From Bugula neritina (taxonomy: Eukaryota > Animalia > Bryozoa): a stretch of DNA of 64,000 nucleotides. The stretch is from positions 19,282,995 through 19,346,994 of the forward strand of contig OZ037765.1 of the NCBI GenBank assembly GCA_964035545.1. Direction: 5' to 3'. The notes below the pieces were generated by a model. That model saw only the letters and a list, made by a program, of their open reading frames with translations, was not told the DNA's origin and ran no database searches. The position numbers were made by a program, and so were the translations under genes. Below, piece after piece: positions 14,817 to 28,844 of the stretch. Within the stretch, counting starts at the first letter, position 1, and each line of letters opens with the position of its first letter.

Positions 14817-15654
14817 TTATTTTTTCCTAGTAACTTTTTTTAAATAGCTATTGGCACTAAAAGTGTCACCATCTAAATTGTCTACAATGTCAACGGCCTT
14901 TTTCTGTAGTTTTCTGTTAGCCAGAACTTTCAACTGTTCTTCTGGAGTTAGTTTATCCAGCTCCAGTGGCATCTAAGTTCAATAAAAAACAACTGGGCTG
15001 AGCATAACTTAAAAACAAAAAGAAGTTACCTAAACTTAAACCTACGACACTCAATCTTTTTAAAAAGTGGCCTATGCTACTTTTACCATATAATTGGCAT
15101 GTATATGATATATCTTATATTGCACCATATACTTTAAGAAGCCGTGAACCAGCCATCAATCACACGGTTACTTTTAGCTAATACTTATAGCACAATTTTT
15201 ACAAACATTAAATGGAGATTGCCATAAAAGGTTTTGAAGTAATACCATGTAATATAGTAAGAACTAAGAAAAAGATGCAAGTAAATTCTGACACATGTTG
15301 GTAAAAACCATACTTTATAAGAATAAATATGTTTCATATTTTGACAATTTCATTTGTACCTGCCTATACAACGAAAATGTTAAATAGAATATCTTAAAAC
15401 TAGTTATACTATTTGATTATTAAAATTTTACCAGCTGAGAGAAAGTAAAATTAAACACATACCTTTATTATTTGTCTTGGCAACTCATAACGAATAGTGT
15501 AGCTGGAACCATCTGCATTTATCAAAGTTGTTGGATAAAGCCGAGGATATTTTTTACGTTTGATTAAACATATTGATGCGGTGTTAGAGTTGAATCGAGA
15601 TAAACATAATTGTACACTAGCTAGACTTGCATTGAGAAAACGCTGAGTACTCAT
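14817..15654 (-). CDS. MRPL55: Mitochondrial ribosomal protein L55 (bL31m), 2 coding exons (15463-15654, 14817-14972)
   Basis: NSNTASICLIKRKKYPRLYPTTLINADGSSYTIRYELPRQIIK|MPLELDKLTPEEQLKVLANRK matches the MRPL55 family. An acceptor AG directly before the ATG implies an upstream 5'UTR exon; candidate donor CA|GTAAGT at ~22775. Confidence 0.93.
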
Positions 15655-17046
15655 CTAAAAAATGAAAATATTTCACATTTTTATAAAACCAAATTATTAG
15701 TTTAACAGTGGATGTGATCTGCATTTACTCTTATGATCAGATAGTTACTGGGACATCTATTAGTGGGCACGTAATTTATATGAAGCAATTATACAGCCTG
15801 TTGAAGCCTAAACAAATACTCATTTTTATTTCAGTGCAGGGTCATTCCACGCCAACTCAACAAGGCCAAAACCGACCCATCTCAGATTTTTTTAAAATTT
15901 TAGTATGGTATTCCAGTACATGTGAAATAGGGAAATATGAAATATTAGCTTTTAATTCTTAATAGTTTTGTAGTTATGGCACTTTATGTGAGCAAAGGTT
16001 GGTGAAAAATCGGTACTTTTTTCATGGGTTTCGGTACCGAAGGTCAACTTCATGGATTTATATCTCGGAGACGATTCAATACAAACCTTTCATACTTTTA
16101 TAGATAACAGTTCTACATGATTTTATTCAAATTGAAGCATCAAATCTGCCATAAATGTTGAGAAAAATTTTCTGTTGCATTACGTTTGTAGGCCAAAAAT
16201 TTGGCAATTTTTCAAAATTTTCAATTTTTAAGCACTTAAAACTCACATTTTACAAATAGCTATAATCTTGATATTTTTAGCACCTAACAACTATATTATA
16301 TATATCACATTAAAAAAAGTTTCAGCGTTTTACTGGCATAAATTTCATCACAATTTCGTGTTGAAATCCTAAATTTTTAAAATTATGCGCTATTTCATGA
16401 GGAGAAAACTCAATGTGGGTATAAATGAATTTTTTTTAAAATAGTTTCATTTTGAAGACGGTGGTATATATTATGCTATATTAAAAACTGAACGTTTGTA
16501 TATTGTTCCTTCATGGAAAAATTTTGGATTAAATTGACACGTTTTTTTTTATTTTCGCTTATATTTAAACTACAATTCATACAGTTACTGAAACGTGCAT
16601 AAAGTCATAAAAAATACCAAAATTGTTTACATATTATCTACAATCACTTTCATAACATTTAAATTTAATTTGGGTATTATTAATCATTATACTTCATAAG
16701 ATTGATTGAACTGGGTTCATTTTAAAAAAAACCGATAAACTGTTAGAATTTAAAAGCACAATAGATTTAAATCTAGTAAATAGAAATAGAACATTATTAC
16801 AATTATCACTTGTGGGTTTATATGTATAAATTTTTATTTCTCAAAGAATCAATGTTTGCATATGGTTTTCTCATGAGTAAATATTCGACTAAATTAATGT
16901 ATTTTATGATGCTGCCACTTGATAGTTTCCATGCTTTCAGTATAATTCTCATTATTCTCTGCCCTTCCATTTGCACCCCCCTCACTTGCTCCCCATGCAC
17001 TACTCCTCATGCATGTATATACATACATATACATACATATACACAC

Positions 17047-17224
<178 letters not shown>

Positions 17225-17779
17225 CTTTACCAAACAATCACCACACCGCTCCAACCTGTAAATTTATCAAGTAGAGATACCTTCATGAAGCATACTGGCA
17301 AAATGTATTTTATTATTAGCAAGCCAGCTAAACTGAGAGAGCAGGTTTCTTACAGTATGTGTGTGTGTGTGTGTGTGTGCGTGCGTGTGGCTTTTTACAG
17401 GAAGAAGATAAAAGATGATGGGTGGATGAGGGTGTGGGTGAGTGAGTGAAGGGTGGAGTGAAAGACAGATGCGGGCTTTAGCAATTGTTTCTTCAACTAT
17501 GTATAAAGTAAATTAGACAAAAAATCCTCAATTTCCTGATAAACCAGAAAATCTTACATACATATTGCTATTCACATATTTAAGTTTATAGACATAGAAT
17601 GCTATAGCCTGAAAATTCTTGGTTTCGAAGGACTAATTGTTACAATGCGGTGCAGTGGTTTCTCTGGTAAAATTCCTAACCTGCCGTAAATCCCTTTGTG
17701 GCGTATCCTGTCGAAGATTGGGAGATTAACCTAATTACTGCATGTGTATAATAAGTGGCTGTTTGCAACATGACACATG

Positions 17780-18500
17780 TTCCTATCAGCATGTTTTAGA
17801 AAACAGTCGTGAATCTTGTGAAGAAAATGTCTCCCACTTGAAGAAAATTTATTATTTCTCTGACGGAGCAGCTAGCTGCCCAATATAAGAATTTAAAAAA
17901 AATTGCAACTTTCGTGTCTCGTGAAGATCATTTTAGATTTCATGCTTAGTGGAACTCTTTTTCAACCAGTCATGACATAAATGCCTGTGATAGTGTAGGT
18001 GGATCGATTAAAAAAAAAGCTGCTAAAACAGATTTGCAAGCAGTAACTCCCAGACATTTGTTAAATCCCCAAAACTTGTTTTAGTGGGGCTCAACCCACA
18101 TATAGAAAATGTGACTTTTTTCTCTATCACTAATATATGCTCGCTTCTCACTTGCAGAGGCCATGCCTGGTACTTGTGAATATCATTGTTTTACCCTTAC
18201 AGTTAGCAAAGAACTGACTGCCAAGAAAATATCAGCAAATGATACAACAATACAAACTGCTGTTTTCATCTAAGGTGAACTTTATGTAAACATGGTAAAA
18301 ATTGTTGCCCAAGAGTAGAACATTTTAACAGATGCACATATGATGAGAACTGGTGAGTAGGTTGTGTCCTAACCATATTTTAGGAAGAAAATGATCTACT
18401 CATTAAATTTATGCACTTCTATGGATATACCCACTCATTTCACTGGCATTCCCTGGAGGACAAAGGCTGGGCACCAAAACAATGTGTACTCTGTTATGTT
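17780..18500 (+). pseudogene. Sola2-type DDD transposase remnant
   Basis: Frameshifted translation KKIYYFSDGAAS/QYKN..HA*WNSFSTSHDINACDSVGGSIKKKAAKTDLQ matches the FSDG..QYKN / W.FF.TSHGK..CDG.GG.VK motif set. Contains stops and frameshifts. Confidence 0.75.
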
Positions 18501-20859
18501 AAGACACCAATTACATTCAATGGAAAGAAGCACTACCTACAGGCATATGATGCAACCTTCCTCTCATGGATATTATTCAGGCTTTATGTAAAATTTTTTT
18601 GCAAACTTTCATAAATATGCCATTCAATTATAAATGATAATTATAAAATTTTTCTTTCCTCATTTATTAGATTTAAATCTATTGTGCTTTTAAATTCTAA
18701 CAGTTTGTCGGTTTTAACTAAAATGAACCCAGTTTAATCAATTTTATGAAGCATAAAGATTACTGATATCCAAATTAAATTTAAATGTTATGAAAATGAT
18801 TGCAGATAATATGTAAACAATTTTGGTATTTTTTATGACTTTTGCATGTTTAGTAACTGTATAGAGTGTAGTTTTAAATATAGGCGAAAATCGAAAAAAA
18901 TGCGTCAATTTAATCCAAAATTTTTCCATGAAGGAACAATATACAAACGTTCAGTTTTTAATATAGCATAATATATACCAACATCTTTAAAATGAAACTA
19001 TTTTTAAAAAATTTCATCTATACCCACATTGAGTTTTCTTCTCATGAAATAGCGCTTAATTTCCAAATGTTTGGATTTCAACACGAAATTGTGATGAAAC
19101 TTATGCAAGTAAGAAGCTGAAACTTTTTTAATGTGATATATATAATATAGTTGTTAGGTGCTAAAAATATCAAGATTATAGCTATTTGTAAAAGGTGAGT
19201 TTTAAGTACCTGAAAATTGAAAATTTTGAAAAATTGCTAATTTTTTGGCCTTAAAACGTAATGCAACAGAAAATTTTTCTCAACATTTATGGCAGATTTG
19301 ATGCTTCAATTTGAATAAAATCATGTAGAACTATCATCTATAAAAGTATGAAAGGTTTGTATTGAATCGTCTCCGAGATATAAATCCATGAAGTTGACCT
19401 TCGGTACCGAAACCCATAAAAAAGTACCGATTTTTTACCAACCTTTGCTCACAAAAAGTGCCATAACTACAAAACTATTAGGAATTAAGGGCTAATATTT
19501 GATATTTTTTCAATTGACATATTTTGGAATACCATACTAAAGTCTCGAAAGAATCTGAGACGGGTCAGTGAAAATCCTCAAAAACCTTGTTGAGTTGGCG
19601 TGGAATGACCCTGCAATCTTTAAAACCATCCATCACCAAACACGATTTATATTACTAGAAAGTTTAATAGTGGAGTCATTACTTCATTTAGCGCACACAA
19701 GCAAATTAAGACTATAAATTGAAATCAGTTAAAAGCCATACAAATTTAACAAGTGGTGGTATTTTTATGCCGATTTAGATGTCTAGGAGGAAATAATGCA
19801 ACAATGAAGTGCATTTTATTGCCATATTGGTAAAAATTCCCTGACGCACTTCATTTATGCAGTATTACAATATTCGTACATAGCTATTATCTACGAACTG
19901 TTTGAGGGTTGTATGACATTTTTGCTTTATAATAAATGTGGTGAAAATTAAATTTACTACCTAACTCAAACCATATTGCAAAAATAACCACAAAAAACCT
20001 ATGTTTTTTTACTAATTCAACAAAAATGTAGAAATTGTAGCAAAATTTGAAAAATATTTAATATTTAGTTCTATTTGTTGACAATGCCACTAGTATTATA
20101 TGTTATATGAAATGAGTGCTTTCTTTACCATTGCACAAGACATGGTTTAGAAAATTGCTTACTAGTGACATCAATAAAGAAAGGTGTAAATAGTTTTCAA
20201 GCAAAGTAATAGTAGTTGAAGTAATAGTACTGACAGCAATAACAGTTGTAGAAAGAATATGCTTAAATATGCTTATAGTTGGTCAACTGAGAAGACTCAG
20301 CTGAGAAAAATCATTGGTAACGAAAATGATTGTCTAAGAGCAAATAATTCAAAGTGACCAAAGTCGTAAAAAAATGGCAGAAATATCCAAAGAAAACTAA
20401 AACTAATTCTAGCATCCAAGAGGCCATAGGACCTCAGGTTTCTCAATCTCACAATAGAAGATGCCATGGAACAACAGTGAATTCCCCTCCAGCATCATCA
20501 AAAATTTGTTGATCTTTCATAATTTTTTTCAACTAGAATTTTAATTACTTATAAAGCCAAAAAAATACAAAGCCTATTTAAATAAACTGACTTTCAACTT
20601 AAAAATAAAAAATAAATAAATAAAATCCCTTCTGTGCTGTATCAGTACAAGTATAAATTAAGCCATTGTTAAGGTTTCTTATGAAAAAAAAATTAATTTA
20701 TTGATTTTAATTTGTTGAGATCAATTTGTATTAATAAATATAATTTTTGTAAATAACAAATTTAACACATTGATCAGAGAAACTGCTCATTGATAAATTT
20801 CTTAGGTAAATAATGACAATGAATTTATAATGACTTGTGCGTTTTGACTGTTAAATTTT

Positions 20860-21200
20860 CCCGGAGCTTTTATTGCTGGCTTTATGTCAAAAAATTTACT
20901 ATTCCATCATCAATAGTGCATGCGTCATTAGATTCAACAGATTAATTTGGTGCGAGTACTGTTAAGAGAAGAACCCAAGAAAAAATAGTGAGGGTAAACT
21001 TTTAACTATGGATAAGTTGAACTAAAATTAGCAAAATGAAAAACCCAGCGTAGAATTGGACTTTTTAAAATTACTGTACACCATACCCTTGGAAAATGTG
21101 AGTAGCCTAGACCTTTCTTAGCAAAGAAATATGGCCTGAAGGAGCTGCACGTATCTAACAAATTTTTCTTATCTATAATGCTAAAGCCGTTAGAAAATTG
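20860..21200 (+). pseudogene. Possible decayed LINE ORF1 (RRM-like C-terminus) fragment
   Basis: Broken frames give WLYVKKF ... FKITV ... FLSKEIWPEG in the order typical of non-LTR ORF1p C-termini. Highly degraded. Confidence 0.35.
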
Positions 21201-21721
21201 GGTGATGTAACTGAACAATACAAGCCGTCTAAACAATTGGATCAAAATAATTCATCAAAAATGATGATAGTAGAAACTCAAACAGAATGAAAAACCTGCT
21301 TCAGAAGCTGCCTTATGAACCCAAATTATTATGATTATGATGATCATAATCATAATATAAATATTAATCATCAAATATTAATTATAATGATAGTAGTAAT
21401 CATAAACATAATGATAATCATAACCATAATAGCAATATCAATATGGATAATGAATATCAAATTCAATATGACGATGAAATTGAATATATCAACATCATAA
21501 TCATGATCTTTTTTATTCTATTTAAACCATAGTAAATCATAACCACAATGTCAATTAATGAATTATGATGATGCAATTAAATTTGAAATTAACAATGTTC
21601 AATATTTCATAAATATATTGAAATATTGATAATTATAATGATATTCACATTGTGAATGAATGACATTCACATTGCAGTTGCTATTAGTATTATAAATATA
21701 ATTACTATTCATATTGATATT

Positions 21722-22025
21722 GGGAGCAGCCGTGGTCTAGGGGTTAGAGCATTTGCTTAGTGAACACGAAGTCATGGGTTCAAACCCAACAAATTTATTA
21801 ATATTATCGAATTATGAATGCACTTGAAGTTGAAGTCAAACGCCAATATCAACATCAAATTCAATATGAATAAAACTCAAGCAAGTTTATAGTCACTATC
21901 TCTGTGAGAAACCCCTGATGGAAAGGGTTTTTGTTAGAGCGGGCTAAGGACTTGTTCAGATGAGGCACAGGAGCAATTATGACTGGATGCTCTTCCTAAC
22001 ATCACCAATCACCAATGGCCTTTGT
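21722..22025. mobile_element. tRNA-derived SINE copy 3, split by an inversion (head + at 21722-21793; body - at 21872-22025)
   Basis: The head ends at ..cccaACAAA. The body resumes exactly at the next consensus bases (ggccattggtg) but on the opposite strand, ending in TTTGT at 22021-22025. Confidence 0.85.
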
Positions 22026-22596
22026 AAATAATAATACTAATACAGTAAATGGTACTAATAACAATCCTAACAGTAATAGTTTATATTTTATTTTATTTTT
22101 AAATCTCAATCTGTAACTTTTACTATCACTATGAGTATGAGTATCAGTATGACTGTGTGAGTATGACTATCAGTATCACTATGGAATTGTTATTAAATTT
22201 AATGAAATTGGTGAGCACTGAAGAGTGCGGAGAGAACGGTTAGTGCTGAAACATCACTATAATGATAAAAATATAAGTATTTTAATTTCTGTAGCTTTAA
22301 TAATGACTTAGTTATATAATTATAATTATGAGCAAGAATTGTAATATAATTTAAATTAGGCTTGTAGTTGTTAAGTGAGTGACTTGTGTTGGGACTATTA
22401 ACTATGGATAGAAATTTTTCAGTGGATACCACTGAGCTGTTAATAATTATTGAGTTCATTGGTGGATACGGTAGAATAGTACTTCTTGTGTTTAAGTTTT
22501 TTCTTCGTGGTTTTTTCTTCGTGGTTATCAAACACCCCAAACAATATTTCAGTCTAGAGTATGCGCTAAGCAAGCAACAAGAAAAATCGTTACTCA

Positions 22597-22724
22597 ATGC
22601 AGCACAAAGTGTGAAGCCTCTGAGTGCAGTGAGACGAGGTCTTCGTTTAGCTTCTGAGTTCAGAAAATTGTGAACATGATGTATGCATGCACTGCACTCA
22701 GTGGCGCAAGATTTTGTGCTGCAT
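22597..22724. repeat. Structured inverted repeat (multi-stem hairpin) near the inferred MRPL55 first donor
   Basis: Outer stems atgcagcacaaa/tttgtgctgcat and ctgagtgcagtg/cactgcactcag; small inner hairpins acgag..ttcgt and ttctga..tcagaa. Confidence 0.7.
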
Positions 22725-22873
22725 CTAGCAGTATCGAAAAATATATAAAATTATTATTATTGTTCCCTCACTTACTGTAAACGAATTCGATATAATAAAT
22801 AAAAATTTAATCAATTGTTAATTTTAGTGATTTTTGTGATACTTTTTAGATAGCATTTTACAAGTTTATATTA

Positions 22874-23535
22874 TAGTGGGGGTGCCAACATGCAAAAATG
22901 GGCGGGTGGAGCACATCAATACTAACCTTTGTTGCTATATATCACTGAAAAGCTAACATTCTACTGATCTCAGATCTGCGAGTACCTTTTTTGTATCTGG
23001 GGGGGTTCTCTCGTGAGAGGGGTGGATATACAGGGGTTCAGCATTTTTCAAGGGGGGACTATGGAACTCTAAATATTTAATTTTCTGAATAGTTTAGGTT
23101 TGACATTAAAAATATTTTCAAGGAAGGCTGTACACATATAAAACTTTCTCTAACAAAATTTTTGACCAAAAATAAAAAAGTGGGCGGAGCCTATAAGACG
23201 ACAAACTACTTTTTTGCATATACCTGGTATTCTCTAAACTGCTACTTTTCTGTTCTAGCATTTAGAATGTTGATTTTTGGTATGAAAATACTCTATTGTG
23301 TTTTGATAATGCTCTCCAGTTTTCATTACATTCTGAACTATATAACTTCTTTCCCAACCATAACAAATAAAAAACATAAAACGGGAGTTATCTCCTCCGT
23401 TATAAATTATTGCATTTCTACCCAATAATATTGCTCTTTGTTGATAGAAACAACATCAGCATAATAAAAATGTATTCTTAGTGTATTTATATTAGCTTAT
23501 TAGCTTAGTGTATTTATGTTAGCTCATTTTGAATA
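22874..23535 (+). repeat. Academ left TIR
   Basis: Reverse complement of 28845-29487; mirrored ORFs 23162..23428 and 28933..29199. Confidence 0.95.
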
Positions 23536-23676
23536 GAAAATTTGAATAATTCCCCTTTCACCCAAATTTGAGATTTTTCATCTCTTGAAATTGCCTAATA
23601 CCCTTGACCTTAACATCATGTAAAGGCAGCATGCTTCAGTATTCTCAGTTCAAGAAAATGTGAATCATCACACATC

Positions 23677-26600
23677 ATGGTAAGTAAAATCTTATTTTTC
23701 TAATATAATAAAACATGTGTTTAAAGATGTCTATTTTATAATCCAACTTTTGATTTAATTTAGTCTGCTATTGGCTAAAAATACTAATGCTAAAATTCCA
23801 AGCATCTAAATTCTAATGCATACTAAAACTTTCTGCTTTGTCTTCTGTTATGCTAGCATGTATTTACAATCTATGGTGATGTAATTACAGAATTTTGCCA
23901 GTGCCAAAGAATTCCTGTACCATTACAGACCAAGCAAATGTGTTTATTGCTGTCAAGTAACTGATGAAAAAGTGGTTAAGAATATAAGTACAGTGCAAAC
24001 AACACTAACTGCAAATGAATTAAGTCAGGTTAGTAGTAAATATCCACCTTTTCATATTTGTTTTAGTAAACTGCAGCATAAATATTTATTATATATTTAA
24101 CTTTATAATTCCTTCATATATAAGCCTGTTCATAACCACATTCTAGGTAAAAAAGAATGAAGATGAAATTGTATATCACAAATCTTGCTATACACATCGC
24201 AGAAGAAAGGTGTCAACTCCCACAGTGTCCACAGAACAAGCAGATTCAGATCACTCATTTTCCCCAGTAAAGAAAACACGGAGTCAGCAGTATTTGTCAT
24301 TTGATAATAAATTATGTGTGTTCTGTCAGTCACAAACTTGGAGAAAAGGCAACCTGGTGGCTTTCTCAACAGACAAAGCTAATTTTAAAATAGAAAAAAC
24401 TATTGAACAATGCAGCAATCAAGTAATCCGAGGGAGACTGCTTAACATTGACCTTGTTGCAGCGGAGGTAAAATATCACAAAAAGTGCTATACTAACTTC
24501 ATCTATGAAGCAAAATTAAATAAATATTGCCCTTCTACCAGTGGCGGTAAGAAAAGCTGTGTTCAAGATCCAATGGAAGAAATTTTTGAAGAAATTCGAA
24601 TTGAGCTAGAACAGGGTAGAGCTTTTAGTGAAGAAGAAATTATCAACAGATACCGTGTTTTAACAGATGACAATGAAAGAAGGAGCTACAGCATCATGAG
24701 ATTGTTCAAATCACAATTTAGTGACAGGGTTTCAGTAATTGATCTTGGAAAAAATGAAAAAATAATTTTGCATAGCAAATTGAAAGTTCATGATATAATC
24801 AATTCATTATATTCATCAAAGATTAAACCACCTAAACAGACTATGGAAGCAGATAGCATAAAAGAAATATCACATATAATTCGCAATGACATAATAAATG
24901 CCTGGAAACAAACAGAAACCTTCAACATATGCTTAGAGAGCTTACAGAGTGTGATCCCAAATAGTCTCAGGTTATTTCTTGATGAACTTGGAACAAAGGA
25001 GCCTGGGAAATCAGCTATTGCACATGATATCATTGCATCAGTGACAAACAAAATCACCCCTAAGCAAGTTTTATTGGGAACAGCAGTAAGACATTTAACT
25101 GGAAGCAAGCAGGTTATTGAGCAACTAAAAAATTAGGCCACAGTTGTTCATATACGGAATTGTTGAGATTAGAAACGGCGGCAGCGGTTAATGAAATAAA
25201 CTCGGCAGTTGATCGTGAAGTTGTGATTCCATCAAATATTCGACCAGCATCACATGGCTTTATACAAGCAGCAGCAGACAATGATGATTTTTTGGAAGAC
25301 ACGGTTGACGGAAAGAATACAACACATGGCACCACAATGATTTTGATTCAGGAAGGTTCTATTGGAGCTGAAATGAAGACAATCATTAGAACTAGAGAAA
25401 GATCACTGAGCACTGATTCTTACAGACAGCTACAGGAAATCAAATTTATTGAACTTAGAAAACCAAAAATCGATCCCCCAGCTTTTCGAGAAGCTAGGGC
25501 AATCACAAAACTTAGTCAAGAAACATTGCTGAGTATGAAAAAGTCACTTGAGGATTCATGTAATCTAAACACAGCATGGCTATTGGCAAGACTTGCCCCA
25601 ATCAAACTATTTCAATTGGATATAAATCCTTCTACACATAACTGCCCCAGCTGGAGTAGCTTTAATGTAAGAAATTTGATGGCCACAGAAGATAATAAAA
25701 GATCAGTCATTGGGTATTGCCCAATGATTAATGCACCATCAACAGATCCATCAACAATTTATACAATTCTTCTGCAGCTAAAGAAAACTATGGAAGTTTT
25801 AAAGCAGAAACATTCAGTAATTACATTTGACCAAGCTATCTACAAGATTGCCAAAGAGATTCAATGGAACAAACCAACTGAATTTTCAAACACAATAATT
25901 CGAATGGGCGGTTTTCATATCCTGGTGAATTACATCGCAACACTTGGCACAATGGTAAAATCAAGCGGCCTCGCCCAAGTTCTTGTGCACAGTGATATAT
26001 ATTCTGAAGTTACAGTAAAACAGGTGCTATGTGGTAAGCATTATAACAGAGGTTTACGGGCACACAAGATTTTGTATGAGGCAATATCAAGGCAGAAACT
26101 AAAATCTCTTTCGGAATGGCTTCAAGAAAATGATCAGTTTGACCCATTAGATTCTCATAATATTTCCACTGATGATGACTTACGTGAATGGACCACTGTT
26201 GCAGATAAAGTTGCTACTGCTATAAAAAAGTTTGATTCTGATACTAAATTAAAATCTAACCTTTCAATGTTCTGGAATTCCTACCTTAATGCAGTAGAAG
26301 CCATGTTGGGATTTTTTCGAGCTGAGCGTAGTGGTAACTGGCAATTATATTTGGACATCATGCACGCAATGCTACCAGTATTTTTTGCGTATGATCGTAC
26401 AAACTACTGAAGGTGGCTGCCTATATACCTTATTGATATGCTAAATTTGCCTGAATCTGCTCCAGAAGTTTTTGGAATGTTTGCAAAGGGTTCATTCACC
26501 GTAAACAGGACAGGAAAAAAATTTGCAGGTATGGCTCCAGATCAGGTCTTGGAGCAAACTTTAAACCGAGACAGTAAAACATCTGGAGGTATTATTGGCA

Positions 26601-28534
26601 TTAGCAACCACGAAGAGGCTCGGACAAAATGGTTCTTAACTAGTCATATCAGAGCCCAACTGCTTTCTTTGCAAAAGGATTTTTGCCAAATAACCTCACA
26701 GCCATCAACACTACACAAGGAAGACACAATCATTACAACTATGAAGGATGAGATTGATATACAAGCAATTCTTTTTACATTACAGCAGTTTGATGTTAAG
26801 TTGTTTAGCAATAATTCAACTGAATTTATCAATATTGCTACTGGAGTAAGTCCCGATGCGGAGACCTCCTTGTCAATAGTGACTGCTATGGCTCAGGGAG
26901 CAGAAACGGCTCAAAAGTTTATTCAAGATAGACTTGTGAATGCAATAAAACCATTTTACGCTGCTATTCACCGGCTTAAAATCCCTTCCTTTGACTTTGT
27001 GGCTAAATCACTTCAACCGGCCATTAAACCAAAAGTTCCTAAAATATCATTTGCTAAACTTCTCATAAGTGCCAAAAGCCGAGAAGTAGATTTGCATACA
27101 GTTCTAGAGAAAGAGATTGGTCCCATTCCTCTTGCTCTCTTTATTGAAAACGGACAGATGAGAAAAACATGCAAATCGCAACTAATGCATATTTTGGAAC
27201 AGAAATATCTTGGAAACAGGGTCTCCAATGATGATAGTCAACTGTCCACCAACAAATCCATCATTATTGATGGTATGTGCATACTTCACTCGACAAAAAC
27301 ATCAGGCACTTTTTATAACTACGCTCTGAAAATGTTGGAAATATTTCTTGAATGTGGCAAAGGATATACAAGGGTTGATGTAGTGTTTGACGTGTATTCT
27401 GAAACATCAATTAAAGCACAAGAGCGTATTAGACGGGGTGCCCAACAGATGTGCTCTATTTCCATTATTCATGACAACGTGCCTGTTCCTAAAAACTGGA
27501 GTGCTTTTCTGAGCAATATTCACAACAAAAATGAGTTGGTAGATTACATAGTGGCGGTGTGGAGTAGACATATTGAGAAAATTCCAGCTGGTACATTTTT
27601 AGTGTGCAGCGCCAAAGAAGTCTGTGTTCTGCAAAACAACTATCGTTACAATTGTAACAAATTGAAATCCAATCATGATGAAGCAGACACGAGATTAATC
27701 CTTCACGCAGCTGATGCACTGAGTGATTACGATTTAGTAGTAATAAGATCAGTAGATACCGATGTTGCTATTATTGCGCTTCACCATCTTAGTAATGTTT
27801 TAACTGAGCAGGCTAAAAAAGATGTAGTAATTTTTGTTGGAATGGGGAGTCACAGAAGATATATATCTCTTTCTGAATTGGCCAAAAACATTCCACAAAA
27901 AGTTCTCAAGAATCTGTTATCACTCCATGCACTTACAGGTTGTGACTCAGTAAGTTCTATCGTCCGAATATCTAAAAAGCGTGCTTTGGAGGTACTTGAA
28001 AAGGGAAGCTATAATCTGTCTTTAGGTTCTGATGATTGGTCCCCATTCTCAGATGAAACATACTTGGAGTGTGAACGATTTGTCTCCAACCTGTACGGCG
28101 CCTATGATGATATCACTGAAGCAAGATATAAAATATTGGCTTTAAAAAATGTCTCCAGTGAAGCACAGCTACCACCTAGCAGGAATTCCCTAAAATATCA
28201 CGTGAAACGAGCCAACTATCAAGTTACACTTTGGCAGCTTGCTTTAACACCTATTTTACTTCATCAGCCAGTTTTTGACCATGGTTGGGATACTAACTTG
28301 ACTCCAATAAAATATGATTTTGAGAGCAATGCAGATGTGATTTTAACAGCATGTAAATGCAAAAAAGCAGGCTGTAAGAATAAAGCATGCAAATGCAAGC
28401 GCCTGATGATGAAATGCTGTGGTTTATGTGAATGTTTCGATTGCAACAACAAAAGTGGCCAGTCTTCTTTTTCAAACGAAGAGCCTAATCATGATGATGA
28501 TGGCAACAAAGACAGTTCTGATGAAGAATTATAA
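23677..28534 (+). pseudogene. Academ transposase-XPG/PIN nuclease gene, spliced (23677-23679, 23891-24028, 24147-28534), with one frameshift (~25130) and one TGA (26408-26410)
   Basis: ATG|GTAAGT mini-exon and phase-0 exons. Two CxxC..YHKxCY fingers. Transposase core ADNDDFLE..DGKNTTHGT, FDQAIY, MGGFH, DRTNY*RW, DQVLEQTLN. PIN/FEN-like IIDGM, VVFDVY, HDEADTRLILHA, DTDV, HALTGCD. C-terminal CKCKKAGCKNKACKC..CCGLCEC. Confidence 0.88.
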
Positions 28535-28844
28535 TACATTTATTTTGGTATATAAACGCTAGAGATAACAAAACTTTGTAATAAAGCTTGATCTATTGTA
28601 AATTTAAATTTAAATACTATCTTATTTATAAATAAATACAATTAAAAATTTCAACCATTATCTGATATAAAAGAGCATAGTAATTGCTTATGATGCTGAA
28701 ATCATAATATAACTTTTTTATGAACCATATTTTATGTTACTATACTTATGGATAAAAAATCGAATATTAGTGGTCTGTTAATTATTGCTGACACTTAATT
28801 TATACAGTAAATATTGAATATTAATAGTATTGATTGTAAGCAAT

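Noticed and set aside
26408-26410. Selenocysteine or alternative genetic code at the in-frame TGA
   Set aside because: The position is normally a small residue (Ala/Ser), no SECIS was recognised, and MTBP uses TGA as a normal stop.
24130-28475. Antisense ORFs within the Academ coding region
   Set aside because: Short shadows of the long sense ORF with no motifs.
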